The translations under genes and the position numbers were made by a program. A DNA stretch of 64,000 nucleotides from positions 4,224,001-4,288,000 of the forward strand of contig OZ242296.1 in assembly GCA_965207735.1 (NCBI GenBank). Direction: 5' to 3'. Position 1 is the first letter of the stretch, and each line of letters begins with the position of its first letter. The DNA is from Candidatus Versatilivorator sp. GTDB lineage: Bacteria > Acidobacteriota > Terriglobia > Versatilivoradales > Versatilivoraceae. Positions 10,501 through 20,400 of the stretch are shown piece by piece. The notes under the pieces are model-generated. The model searched no databases. It was not told the origin of the DNA and saw only the letters and a program-made list of their open reading frames with translations.

Positions 10501-11159
10501 GTCATTCCACGGTCATCGAGTGAGCCCGTTTCTTGCTCCGTTTGGTGGACTTTCTTTGCGGCGGCATCGAAACCGCCATGGCGTTCAAGTGTCTCCCAAT
10601 CGGTGTTAGCGATGGCCTGGCGCAGCCCCGCCGCTTCTGTCTTGGCCGCTGCCGGGTCTCGGGTTGTCCAGGCCTGGAGAACCCGCTGGGTGCGGTCGAG
10701 ATGTTGCTGGTCGCACTTATCGGTTCGACCGTCTCAATTCTCGAGCGCCTCAGATCTTCCTTTGACGAGCCGCACATTCTGATCGTCCCGCTTGCAGGCA
10801 GTAATGCACGATAAAGTGGTTTATCGGGAACTGTTCCAGAGGCCTTGAGGACAGGCGCCAAGGCGTCCTTGAGGTCTCTGTGTACATTCAGGGTTCTTGT
10901 CAATCTTGTCAATCAAAAGAGGAGGGGGAGGGGGTAGGGCTAATTTTAGCCTTTTATTGTACAAATAGAGATGTTTTGAGCCTGAAGTGGTGTAGGTGTA
11001 AATTGTTGTATAATACGCACGTTGCAGAGATATTAGAAAATAAATCCCGTTGTTTGCGTATTTGTGCAATAATTGCTCCAACTTGTTGGCAACGTGTCCC
11101 AAACACGTCAAAAACGTGTAGAACTTACGCCCAAGGGATCCGGATTCTGAGGTCTTCTG

Positions 11160-11342
11160 ATGACTCAAGATCAATTCAGCACTATCCTCGCACGCCTCGA
11201 CGGCATGGAAGAACAGAACAATCGTGACCATGCTGCTATGGGAGAGCGTATAGGCGACCTGGAAAAGAAAATCGACAGCTACCACGCCAATATTCATGAT
11301 GACGTGGCCGAAGTTCTCGCTATCCTGAAGTCGGACGTGTAG
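11160..11342 (+). CDS. Small coiled-coil hypothetical protein (phage-like)
   Basis: GAGG RBS; heptad-like 60-aa ORF. Confidence 0.5.
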   Translation: MTQDQFSTILARLDGMEEQNNRDHAAMGERIGDLEKKIDSYHANIHDDVAEVLAILKSDV

Positions 11343-11794
11343 CCCCTTCCTCCCCATAATCTTGTCAACTCTGACCCTTCTAGCGCTGGTCTTGGCGCTG
11401 TCCTCACCAGCTACCTCCTAGGATCTCCTGGTGCCGGCTGAAGTCGTTGACGTCTATGACGGCGATACATTCGTCGCTGACGCCAAGCCATGGCCAGGAG
11501 TCACCATGCGTGTATCGGTCCGGCTCGCTGGCGTGGACACCCCGGAAATGAACGGCAAATGTGAAGATGAGAAGCAGAGAGCCAGGGAAGCCAAGAGCCT
11601 GTTGAAATCGCTCCGTGGCGGCCGCGGTGGCAAGGTTACACTGAAGGGGCCGAAGCGTGGAAAGTATGCTGGCCGAGTGGTTTCACGAGTGATCGTCCGA
11701 GGCGGTCACGATGCCACCACCAGAATGATCAAATCAAATCAGGCTATGGCCGTCCTTATGATGGCGGGAAGCGGAAGGGTTGGTGTAGTGATTA
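11341..11794 (+). pseudogene. Secreted thermonuclease (SNase-like) pseudogene
   Basis: VVDVYDGDTF, VRLAGVDTPE, GKYAGRV; TAG at 11419-11421 cuts off a signal peptide; AAATC duplication 11731-11740 shifts the GYGRPYDGGKRKGWC tail out of frame. Confidence 0.8.
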
Positions 11795-12002
11795 GTAATC
11801 CTGAGCGCGTTTAGGGTTCTTTACGACTTTCCGAGCAGGGCTTTGGCCAGCTCAATCAGGTCGGCGGCGATCGACCCGACAGCCCAAATGATAACGTAGA
11901 GAGCGCCTGCGGAGAAGGACAGCGAAAAGGACTAGGCGAGAAGCGTCTGCAGGGAATTAGGCAACAACTAGGTTCTGTTCACTCCGCCTCGGTGCATCCC
12001 GA

Positions 12003-12209
12003 TCAGACATAAGGGTTCGCTGGTTTCTCGTAGTATTGCAAAGCTGCGGGGGCGAAGTTTTCGTGCTTCAGTTCTTTCCCCGCCCACCACGAGCAGTGCA
12101 GCAGTTCGCCGTAACCCTCGCCTACATTTGAGGATCTCTCCACCGTCATTGGAGGACCGCCTGACTTCAGTTGAACCACGTCTCCGGGCTTGAATTGTGT
12201 ATCACCCAT
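12003..12209 (-). CDS. YodC/DUF2158 family protein
   Basis: FKPGDVVQLKSGGPPMTV...CSWW...F...AL signature; GGAGG RBS. Confidence 0.85.
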   Translation of the reverse strand: MGDTQFKPGDVVQLKSGGPPMTVERSSNVGEGYGELLHCSWWAGKELKHENFAPAALQYYEKPANPYV

Positions 12210-12213
12210 CTCA

Positions 12214-12546
12214 TTAGACCTCCTCCCATTCCTCGGTTGAATCCAGATCTTTGGTTTGTTCAGGAAGCGGCTCTTGGCCAGTGTCGCCAACGCCTGCAAG
12301 GCGCTCAGCGATCACGCTACATTCCCTCTTGAATCCTCTCTCGAAGTACTCAGGCGGCTGAACTTTCCCAGACGTTCCTTGGTCTGCCCTCCTTTCGGTT
12401 ACTGATCGAATGATCTTAAGATTGGCATCATTGAACAAACGACGGGATATTAGGAGCAAGAAAGCGCGATGCGCCTGTATTCTTCCCTGGAGGTCTTCCA
12501 ACGCCTCCTTGTGATTGTCGAGAACGTGGTTTTTGATCTGATCCAT
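12214..12546 (-). CDS. Hypothetical protein
   Basis: AGGAG RBS before MDQIK; co-oriented with and 4 bp from the DUF2158 gene. Confidence 0.5.
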   Translation of the reverse strand: MDQIKNHVLDNHKEALEDLQGRIQAHRAFLLLISRRLFNDANLKIIRSVTERRADQGTSGKVQPPEYFERGFKRECSVIAERLAGVGDTGQEPLPEQTKDLDSTEEWEEV

Positions 12547-12557
12547 GGACTTTTCTC

Positions 12558-12790
12558 CTAGTTTCTTCTTTCTGGTAATCGTGGCTGATCCCCCTCCAAT
12601 TGGCCTATCTTGCTGACGAATGGCAGGGCCTTCGGGAACCTTTCCGCAAAATACTTGTTCGCCCAACCGGGTAGCCAAACCTCATTGAAATACCTTCGAA
12701 AATCAGGGAGGCAATCGACCGGATAGAGACGTGCACGCACAGGCGGACGAGTATCATCAAGAAACTCATGCTCATGGGTAGGGAACTGTT
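12558..12790 (-). pseudogene. C-terminal fragment of a KilA-N-associated phage protein
   Basis: HEHEF...ARLYP..CLPDFRRYFNEVWLP..A.KYFAERFP.AL resembles the tail of KilA-N proteins; no N-terminal domain. Confidence 0.55.
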
Positions 12791-13172
12791 CAGGGTCAAT
12801 ACCCTTAGTCTCCCCTGACGATTAATACTAAGGGTGTGTTTACATTCGAATGTGAACGGTTCTAGAGGCGGCGATATATGAAGCTCATGCACGAACCCGA
12901 ATCAGTCCTGCGGTGCGAAGGCCTCCGACAAACACGGCCGGAGGGACACCTAGTATCCTCAGCAGGAATAACTTCTAGACTATCCAAACTTGTATGATTT
13001 GAGTGTGATAAATTATGCGAGAATCATGAGTATATAGTGACTTACCTTAGAAAAAGGCCAGAACCGTCATTGGGGATGGTACAGTTTCGCGCAACCCCGC
13101 AAACGACTGTTGCATTAATGCGGCTCCTGTCCGGATCAGTTCCCGGCCGGCCCGGAGAAGGAGGATGAACCG

Positions 13173-13315
13173 TTGAACAGCCACGACGAACTACGGCAGG
13201 AGATCGAGGCACTGCGCGCGTGCATCTCCTGGCTGGGCGCGGCCAACCGGCGCATCAGCGAAAGTCCCGCCCTCGAAACCGTCCTGCGCGAGGCGCTCGA
13301 ATGCGCCCGTGCCGT
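13173..13315 (+). pseudogene. N-terminal remnant of a GAF-containing sensor kinase (second copy ~52032-52155)
   Basis: GGAGG RBS; ELRQEIEALR..IS.L.AANRRISES..LETVLRE coiled coil leading into a GAF start. Confidence 0.55.
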
Positions 13316-13485
13316 ACGGGTGCCGCTCCAGCTTCTCGTACTGGGCGGCCGAAGAGACGGACCATCCCCCGGTGCAGAGTCCAGAAAGTTCCAGAGATAT
13401 CTACTAAAGTATTGTAAGTAGACCTTTATGAGTCACTTATGGTATATTGGTGTCTATTGATGTCCAGGGTGTTCCCGGACGTTCA

Positions 13486-13520
13486 GGGTGATCTTAGGGG
13501 TGATCTCACAGGGGGTGATC
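13486..13520 (+). promoter_or_regulatory. Three GGGTGATC direct repeats upstream of Int2; putative arm-type sites
   Basis: gggtgatcttaggggtgatctcacagggggtgatc, preceded by an AT-rich tract. Confidence 0.55.
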
Positions 13521-13522
13521 CG

Positions 13523-14701
13523 GTGACCCGATACCGCAAGAAACTCTCCGCCGCCTTCGTCCGCTCCGTCGAGCAGCCCGGACTCTACTGGGACGAGCAT
13601 GGCTTGATCCTACGGGTCAAACCGTCCGGATACAAGCAATGGATCCAACGGCTCTTCATCCACGGCAAGCGCCGCGAGCTGGGTCTGGGCTCTCTTCGGC
13701 TCGTGACGCTGGCCCAGGCCCGGGAGAGGGCCATCGCCAACCGCAGGCTGGCCCGCTCGGGAGGCAATCCCCTGGCCTCCCGGCGCCACTCCGTCCCGAC
13801 GTTCGAGCAGGCCGCCGCCAAGGTCTACGCCATGTACCGGCCCAACTGGAGAAGCGACCATCATGCCGCCCAGTGGAAAGGCAGCCTGCGCAGCTACGTC
13901 TACCCCAAGCTGGGCCGGATGCGGGTGGACGGGATCACGACGGCCGATGTCATGGCCGTCCTGTCGCCGATCTGGAACACCAGGCAGGCAACGGCCCGGC
14001 GGGTGCGGCAACGGATCGGCACGGTGATGAAGTGGGCCATTGCCCAGGGCTACCGGATGGACAATCCGGCCGGGGAAGCGCTCGGGGCCGCGCTGCCGAA
14101 ACAGGGCGGCATCCCACGCCACTTCAAGGCTCTGCCCTATGGGGAGGTGGCCGGGGCGATCCGGACGGTGCGGCAATCGGAAGCAGACGTGGGGGTCAAG
14201 CTCGGCTTCGAGTTCCTGGTGCTGACGGCGTGCCGGTCGGGGGAGATGCGCGGGGCGCGCTGGGCGGAGATCGACCTGGAGGCGGGAGTGTGGACGGTTC
14301 CCCCGGAACGGATGAAGCACCAGAGAGAGCACCGGGTCCCGTTGTCTGCGGGAGCGCGGAGGATTCTGGCCGAGGCGAGGCGGATCGAGAGATCTTCCGA
14401 TCTGGTGTTTCCGACTCCGGCCGGTGGCCCACTGCCGGACCGCGATCTCAGCACCCTGCTGCGGGAACTGGGAATCGGGGCCGTGCCGCATGGGTTCCGC
14501 TCGTCGTTCCGGGACTGGGCGGGGGAGCGGACCGATGCTCCCCATGCGGTGATGGAGGCGGCGTTGTCGCACGTGGTCCGCAACCAGGTGGAAGCGGCCT
14601 ATGCCCGCTCGGACCTGTTCGAGCGGCGGCGTGTCCTGATGGAACAGTGGGCGGAGTTTCTGGCCCGGGGGACGGAGGAGGACGCGGAGCTCCTTGCGTA
14701 A
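13523..14701 (+). CDS. P4-type tyrosine integrase (Int2), paralogue of Int1
   Basis: HGLILRV...WIQR...RRELGLG; LTACRSGE, HGFRSSFRDW, ALSH, AAYARSDL intact. Confidence 0.95.
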   Translation: MTRYRKKLSAAFVRSVEQPGLYWDEHGLILRVKPSGYKQWIQRLFIHGKRRELGLGSLRLVTLAQARERAIANRRLARSGGNPLASRRHSVPTFEQAAAKVYAMYRPNWRSDHHAAQWKGSLRSYVYPKLGRMRVDGITTADVMAVLSPIWNTRQATARRVRQRIGTVMKWAIAQGYRMDNPAGEALGAALPKQGGIPRHFKALPYGEVAGAIRTVRQSEADVGVKLGFEFLVLTACRSGEMRGARWAEIDLEAGVWTVPPERMKHQREHRVPLSAGARRILAEARRIERSSDLVFPTPAGGPLPDRDLSTLLRELGIGAVPHGFRSSFRDWAGERTDAPHAVMEAALSHVVRNQVEAAYARSDLFERRRVLMEQWAEFLARGTEEDAELLA

Positions 14702-14840
14702 AGAGGCCCACGGCATCGGTCGCCCGCACCAGGGCTGGCAGGGCGACCTGCCCCGGACCGGCGAGGGTGAGAGCCAAGCGCGAAGTCCGGAAGCAGTCAA
14801 GACCAGGTTGGGCAGGACAACCCGGGTCCGGGTCTTCAGC

Positions 14841-15240
14841 CTTCCCGCCAGGGATCACTGTGGAGGGAGCGACCCCGAAAAGGGGAGGTTAACCGTGAAC
14901 TGTGAAGTGAAACGGCTAACCCTCCCCGATGCCGCACTAGCGGTCAGAAAGCAGGGTCGCTCCCTCCACCTTCTCCCCTCTCGTGCGGCGCGCCGCCGCG
15001 ACGGGAGGGAGGGGGACGCGCGAGGCGTAGCCTCGCTTCACCTTGTGGCGTCAGACACGGAAAATCCTTGTTGTCCCGTGTCTGATGCGGTGATTGGGGA
15101 GAGTCCTCGACCACGGCGGCGAGGACTCCGTCCTCTGAGAGAAAGGCGTTGTGGGTGTGGAAATCATGAAACGGCCGAGTGAACATCGCTGCGTTGTAGC
15201 CGTTTCACCCATACGACGGCATCTCCTTGACCCCCAGAGG
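14841..15240 (+). repeat. Conserved hairpin-rich element, copy B
   Basis: 15-bp perfect IR 14860-14874/14955-14969; shares downstream blocks with copy A. Confidence 0.85.
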
Positions 15241-15574
15241 TAACAATCGTCGATCAGTGCAGGGTCATTGTTTTACGCCGATTGGTCCCCCAACTGGAGG
15301 ACATTCTTAATGGTGACCTCAATGCCACCATGGCGTTTGACGGTGTCCCAATTAGCATCCGCGATGGCCTGGCGAGGGGAGGCCACGGTAACCCCTCATT
15401 ACTCTCATACATTGCTCCCGTTTCTCTGGAAATCGGTCGCGATAATCTTGGATTGCCTCCAGGCATCGAGACCAGCGGTCTCTGAGACGAAAATCGGGGT
15501 TGTGGCCATTTTCAGTGTATTATGGGTATGCTGAGGGCCGGGGAAATACGTACTACGCGGCCTAGCTAGAGGAC

Positions 15575-16771
15575 TTAGGGGGGGCTGTTCGAGTAATAAC
15601 GACCGATGCTCGCTGCCACATGAACACTTGTCGTGTAAGAACGTCCATCGGATCGAAGGCAGTCCGGATCGCGGTCCGGGCCAAAAGCACGTATGCCCGT
15701 TTGCATCCGGGCGGCGAGCTCGTTCCTGATGGTATCAGATAAGTCGTTCCACCAGCTTGGTTTCATGTAGACGTTCTCAAGATGCTCGACCGCCAGCTGG
15801 ATTCCCCTGTTGGCCTTCTCTTCATCCGGCACATCTTGGAACGAGCGCCCGAACAACGCCGCAGGGCCCTTGTGCCCTTCAGTCCAGCCAATTACAAGCA
15901 CGCTTCTGCCATTGAGAACTGTCAAGTTAAGACCCACGTGCTCGTGTGGTGAATCACCGCGGGTGACTATTTGCAGTAGATTGCCAGCAAAGTCATACTC
16001 GGGATGAAATGCTCCACAACCCACGACAGGCAAGACAGCCGAAAAAACCACGCCGACAAATCGATATTCTTCGAATTGCTCCTCGATGAAGATTGTGTCG
16101 TATTGTTTCTTCCACCGCTCGCAGTCAGTCAGACCGCGTTTAGTTCCCTCTTTGTGAAGGTGGATATGCTGCTGCAATTCGCACTGTTCCCAATAGGGCT
16201 TTCCACGGTCGAATTCCCGCATTATATTCACGGTTCGAAGTGCGGCCTTCTTGTTAAATAGTTCATAGGAGATTGCCCGAAAGCCCAACAGGAAACAAGA
16301 CTTTGGAGTGAGCGGGACAGTGTGGCTTTCGACCGGCTGGAACATCGAGTGGTCATGGGTATCACAAAATCCCATGAATGTGGAAGCGCTCCGCACCCCG
16401 ACCTTACTGGGCACAAAGGCGCCATGGTTCCGTAACCGGTCTCGGAATCCTGCTTTAGCGGAAATGACATGGCCGTTTTCGGCTATGGCAGCGAGCCCGC
16501 CACGTCGTTGCACCGTGTGTGATCGAATTATTCTACGCCCGCAGTTTTCAGAACTAGCTTCCGGATGAGAACAGTACCCCCCTTCGAATTCATGGTCCAG
16601 CTGTGACAACTGGTCGTGGAAATTGACGGGCGGTTGAGACTCCCGGTTTCGGTGGCACTGCTTCCATTTTTTGCCGGAGCCGCACCAGCAAGGGGCATTG
16701 CGCGGCATTTTAAGGTGGGGCGTAAGGTCATCTGGTGGAACGAACTGCGCATGGAGGGAAGCGTGAGCCAT
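15575..16771 (-). CDS. SEC-C zinc-motif protein with putative HNH-like nuclease region
   Basis: RNAPCWCGSGKKWKQCH; C...C...IRSHTVQ...ASTFMGFC..HD..MF..VE. Confidence 0.7.
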   Translation of the reverse strand: MAHASLHAQFVPPDDLTPHLKMPRNAPCWCGSGKKWKQCHRNRESQPPVNFHDQLSQLDHEFEGGYCSHPEASSENCGRRIIRSHTVQRRGGLAAIAENGHVISAKAGFRDRLRNHGAFVPSKVGVRSASTFMGFCDTHDHSMFQPVESHTVPLTPKSCFLLGFRAISYELFNKKAALRTVNIMREFDRGKPYWEQCELQQHIHLHKEGTKRGLTDCERWKKQYDTIFIEEQFEEYRFVGVVFSAVLPVVGCGAFHPEYDFAGNLLQIVTRGDSPHEHVGLNLTVLNGRSVLVIGWTEGHKGPAALFGRSFQDVPDEEKANRGIQLAVEHLENVYMKPSWWNDLSDTIRNELAARMQTGIRAFGPDRDPDCLRSDGRSYTTSVHVAASIGRYYSNSPP

Positions 16772-16889
16772 TTAAGGTGGTAAATCTAATTCTGACCGTC
16801 GACTTCTAAATGGTACGCGGTCAGCTTCTTGAACACAATGAGTCTGCTGGCGGGAACGCAAGCGTCGACGAGGTCGACGGTTATCGCGA

Positions 16890-17066
16890 AAGCGGTCTCC
16901 TGAGGCATGTCCTGGCGTTGGCAGACCTATTCTCCAAGGATGTGCCACTGGAGGATGTGCTGTACTTGGCCGGCCACGCTAACCCTAGGACCACTTTATT
17001 CTATAATTCTATGATCGCTGACGGTGGAGCGTTACCCTAAATGTTGTGGAGAGATTTTCCGTGTGA
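16890..17066 (+). pseudogene. 3' remnant of a XerC/D-like tyrosine recombinase
   Basis: DLFSKDVPLEDVLYLAGHANPRTTLFY followed out of frame by NVVERFSV*. Confidence 0.7.
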
Positions 17067-17462
17067 GCACTCGCTCAATCCTTCCGGAGGGACTGCCGAT
17101 TGGCCAAAAAGAAAGAGTCAGAAAGGGCGCTCAACCAAACATCGCCCGTAGGGGCACTGCCGGCAACGACCACTCATGACAACGGCCAGCGTTGGCGACC
17201 GCATCGCGTCCAGGTTCTCTGAAACGATTCCCTCCTGGTCAAAATCGGTCACTGCCTCGATAATGACCACCGTAACGTCACCGGTGTGGTCGGTCCGGTT
17301 GCGGCCCTTTTTAATAGCTGTGGGTACGACGGAACGTCCATCTAGACCTCAGCCTCATCCTGGAGCCAGGCTCCCCCGTTCCAACTGGGGATTCGCGGCG
17401 ATCCGAGCCATCCCAGTGCTAGATTACAGCGCCGTCACCTACTCACGAAGGTTCGGACCAGA

Positions 17463-20400
17463 GTGAATGTCCATATGAATTCGGAAAACAATGCACGAAA
17501 GGTTGCGGCCGTTCTGGCGCACCCTTCGATTTTGCGTGGGGCTTGGTTGCGCGTGGACGCTTGGTACAAACACGGGGAACTCGCGCCGCAGCCGGAACTT
17601 GCGCGATGGCGTCTGCACCCCGAGGCCATGCTTCGGGATCTGGCACAGCGGTTGCGCGAAGATGACTGGAAACCGGAGCTATGGCGGCAGGTGCCCTATC
17701 CCAAGAAGGGCCGGTGTTTGAGGCACTACACGATGCCGACGGTTCGGGACCAAGTGGCGTTCATGGCTCACATGGTCGCGTTGGGACCGATCCTCGATCA
17801 ACAGTTCGCGAATTTCGCGTTTGGGAACCGGTGGTACCGTCCGATCGCGTGGGACCGAAGGCAGCATCCCCCAAGGTGGGTGCATCGCCCATATCCAGTG
17901 CTCACGGACAGGAGCTATCTATCTTACGCACGATCTCACGGGTTGTTTCGGCGCGTGGCGCATTGGACAGTGGCTCGGATGACGCAGGCAACTCTCCCCG
18001 CGGAAGACAGCTCGGGCCGGATGCTGCGTCCCGAGGACTACCAGGATGGGACGCTCCCGGAGTGGACGAAACCGGAGTGGTGGACGGGAGCAGTTAACTC
18101 GGCGCGCGCTTTCTGGGCTTACTTGGACATTGAACTCGCGTATCCATCTGTTCGCATCGAGCGGTTAGCCTTGGCGATGGAACGCGCACTCCTGCAGCCG
18201 GTCCAACTCGTCCAACTCGAACAACTATACGACGGCTGCCCGGAACCCGTATTGAAAGCACTTGCCATCACAGACGTACGAGTGGAGGTCGGGCGCCGAC
18301 TGACCACAACGTTGGGCGAGATCACTTTGGACGCTGGCGGAATTCCGCCAGATGCGTGGAGCCCTCCTCAGGGACACGATTTCCCTAGTGTGACAACAGA
18401 ACGTTTCAACGGGATACCTACTGGACTCATCATTTCTGGAATGTTGCTCAACGTGGCGCTGATGGAGGCGGATCGAGTGATCCGCCGATATCTCGAACAG
18501 ACCTCGGGGAAACGACGCGGAGCGATCGTCAGGTTCGCGGACGATATGTACATTCTGTCCCGATCGTCTGAGGGCCTCTTATCCTTGGTTGAAGCCGTTC
18601 ACGGAGCACTGTCGGGGACCGAGGAGTCTTCCCTTGCAGTACCTAACGAGGTTTCCAACATCTGCATCAATTTGAGAAAGATAAAGCCGGATGCGGTCCG
18701 GGGAATCATCTACAAGTACCTCCTTGATCAGGGTTGGACCGAGTGTGGAAGCAACAAGTGTAAACAGCCGTTGCCCCCGTCCACAAAGGAGTCAAAGAGT
18801 AACCAGGCATCGAGCGTACGGATATCGGACTTGGGAACGGCGCTCTTGCCCGGCGGCCGGTTTGCGTCCGAACAGGAAGCCTTGGAGCGCGCAGCTGTCG
18901 AAAAAGGAGATGTCGGTCCGTTCGTCACGCGGCTAGTCGAACGGCTGAGCGACATGGGGACGGACACGCTTCGACAGCGATTCGGTGAGGGCGCTCGGGA
19001 TCATCTAGCACGTTTACACGAACTGGCACGCTTCGACATAGAGGACGAGCAGGTACCGCCTGAGACGCGTCGCACCTTCGCGGTCAACCGCCTTGTTCGT
19101 GCATGGTTGCCAAGGTCCTCAGAGCTGGGCGAAGAGGATAGAGAGTTGCGCCAGATCCGCGAGACCATCGGTTTCGTGCTGGACCGCACGCCATGGAAGT
19201 TCGCGATCTGGCGGGCGTTGGTTCGCGGCGCGGCGCGACGCCCGCTTTTTGAGGCGAAGGACAACGGGATAGCGGCTCAAGAGGCGGCAGCGTGGTTGTG
19301 CGACCGCATCCGTCGAATCGCGTGTGCAACGGACTCCATAAACTCGACGACTTGGCTATCCGCTTGGCCGGAGATCGATCGTGACGACGGCCACACCGCT
19401 GAACGGACAGACGAATGGCAGCACCTCTATCTGTCGTTCCTACGAGCTGTCTTTTGGCGCTCACTCGCGGAAACCGTGCGTGAACTCGGGCGTTATGCCA
19501 AGCCGGTGGAGGACGATGAATCAACTGAGCGGGTGCCATCGCCGTTTCTCTGGACGGCAAGAGCGGTTGGAGACGGACGCTACGGACAAGCGGTGGATGA
19601 CTTGGGCCGCATCGACGAATGGGTCGAGATACTGTACCCAGCAGCGAATGACGTGAAAATCGACACGTGGCCGTGGGAACTGGACGAGTTCGTCGGAGCA
19701 GTTTTGGCCGTGCACACGACCACAGAACTCGCGCAGGCATGGCGAAGCACTAAGGGTCCGGGATCCGTGTTGCGCGTGCCTGAGTCCCCTCGATTGGAAG
19801 GAATGCCGAAAGCGACCCGGCTGTTGTCTCGGACGGGAAGGCTCCAGCAGAAGGGATCGAGGCGTAATCGGAAACTCGACCTCTGGGCGCTGGCGAACGT
19901 GCAGTTGGGTCGTTGGGATCAAGGGTTAGGAAGTGTTCTCTTCCCGCCGTCCGGAAAGCCGCGCATACGGCAAGCGGAGCGCAATGCACAGGAGGCTGTG
20001 GCCGCAGGATTCTCCCTAGGGTGTTTTAAATGGATCGGTCTAAGGCTTGCGAACCGAGCGGCTCCCAAGATGGACGAGGGTGCAGGCGCTTTTGATCGGA
20101 ATGCGTTTGTGCTCCATGACTATGATCGAGCACGGCGCGTAATCGTCGGCCAAACGACTGAGGCAGCGTCGCGCCCAACGGTCCACCGGCTCCTTTGGGG
20201 GAGGCCGACTGCAGCCAGGCTGAATGGATGGCAAATGGCCCAGTGGGAGATTCCAGCGGTGGGATTACCCCTTCGCGTTGCTGCGGCACTGTTCAGTGTC
20301 GTCCGTGAGACAGCAACTACTGTGGGATGGGAATGCAGTTTGGGACCGCTGACGTGGCTGATCGACGATGACGCGGGAGTCTTGGTCGCGGGTCGCTGCG

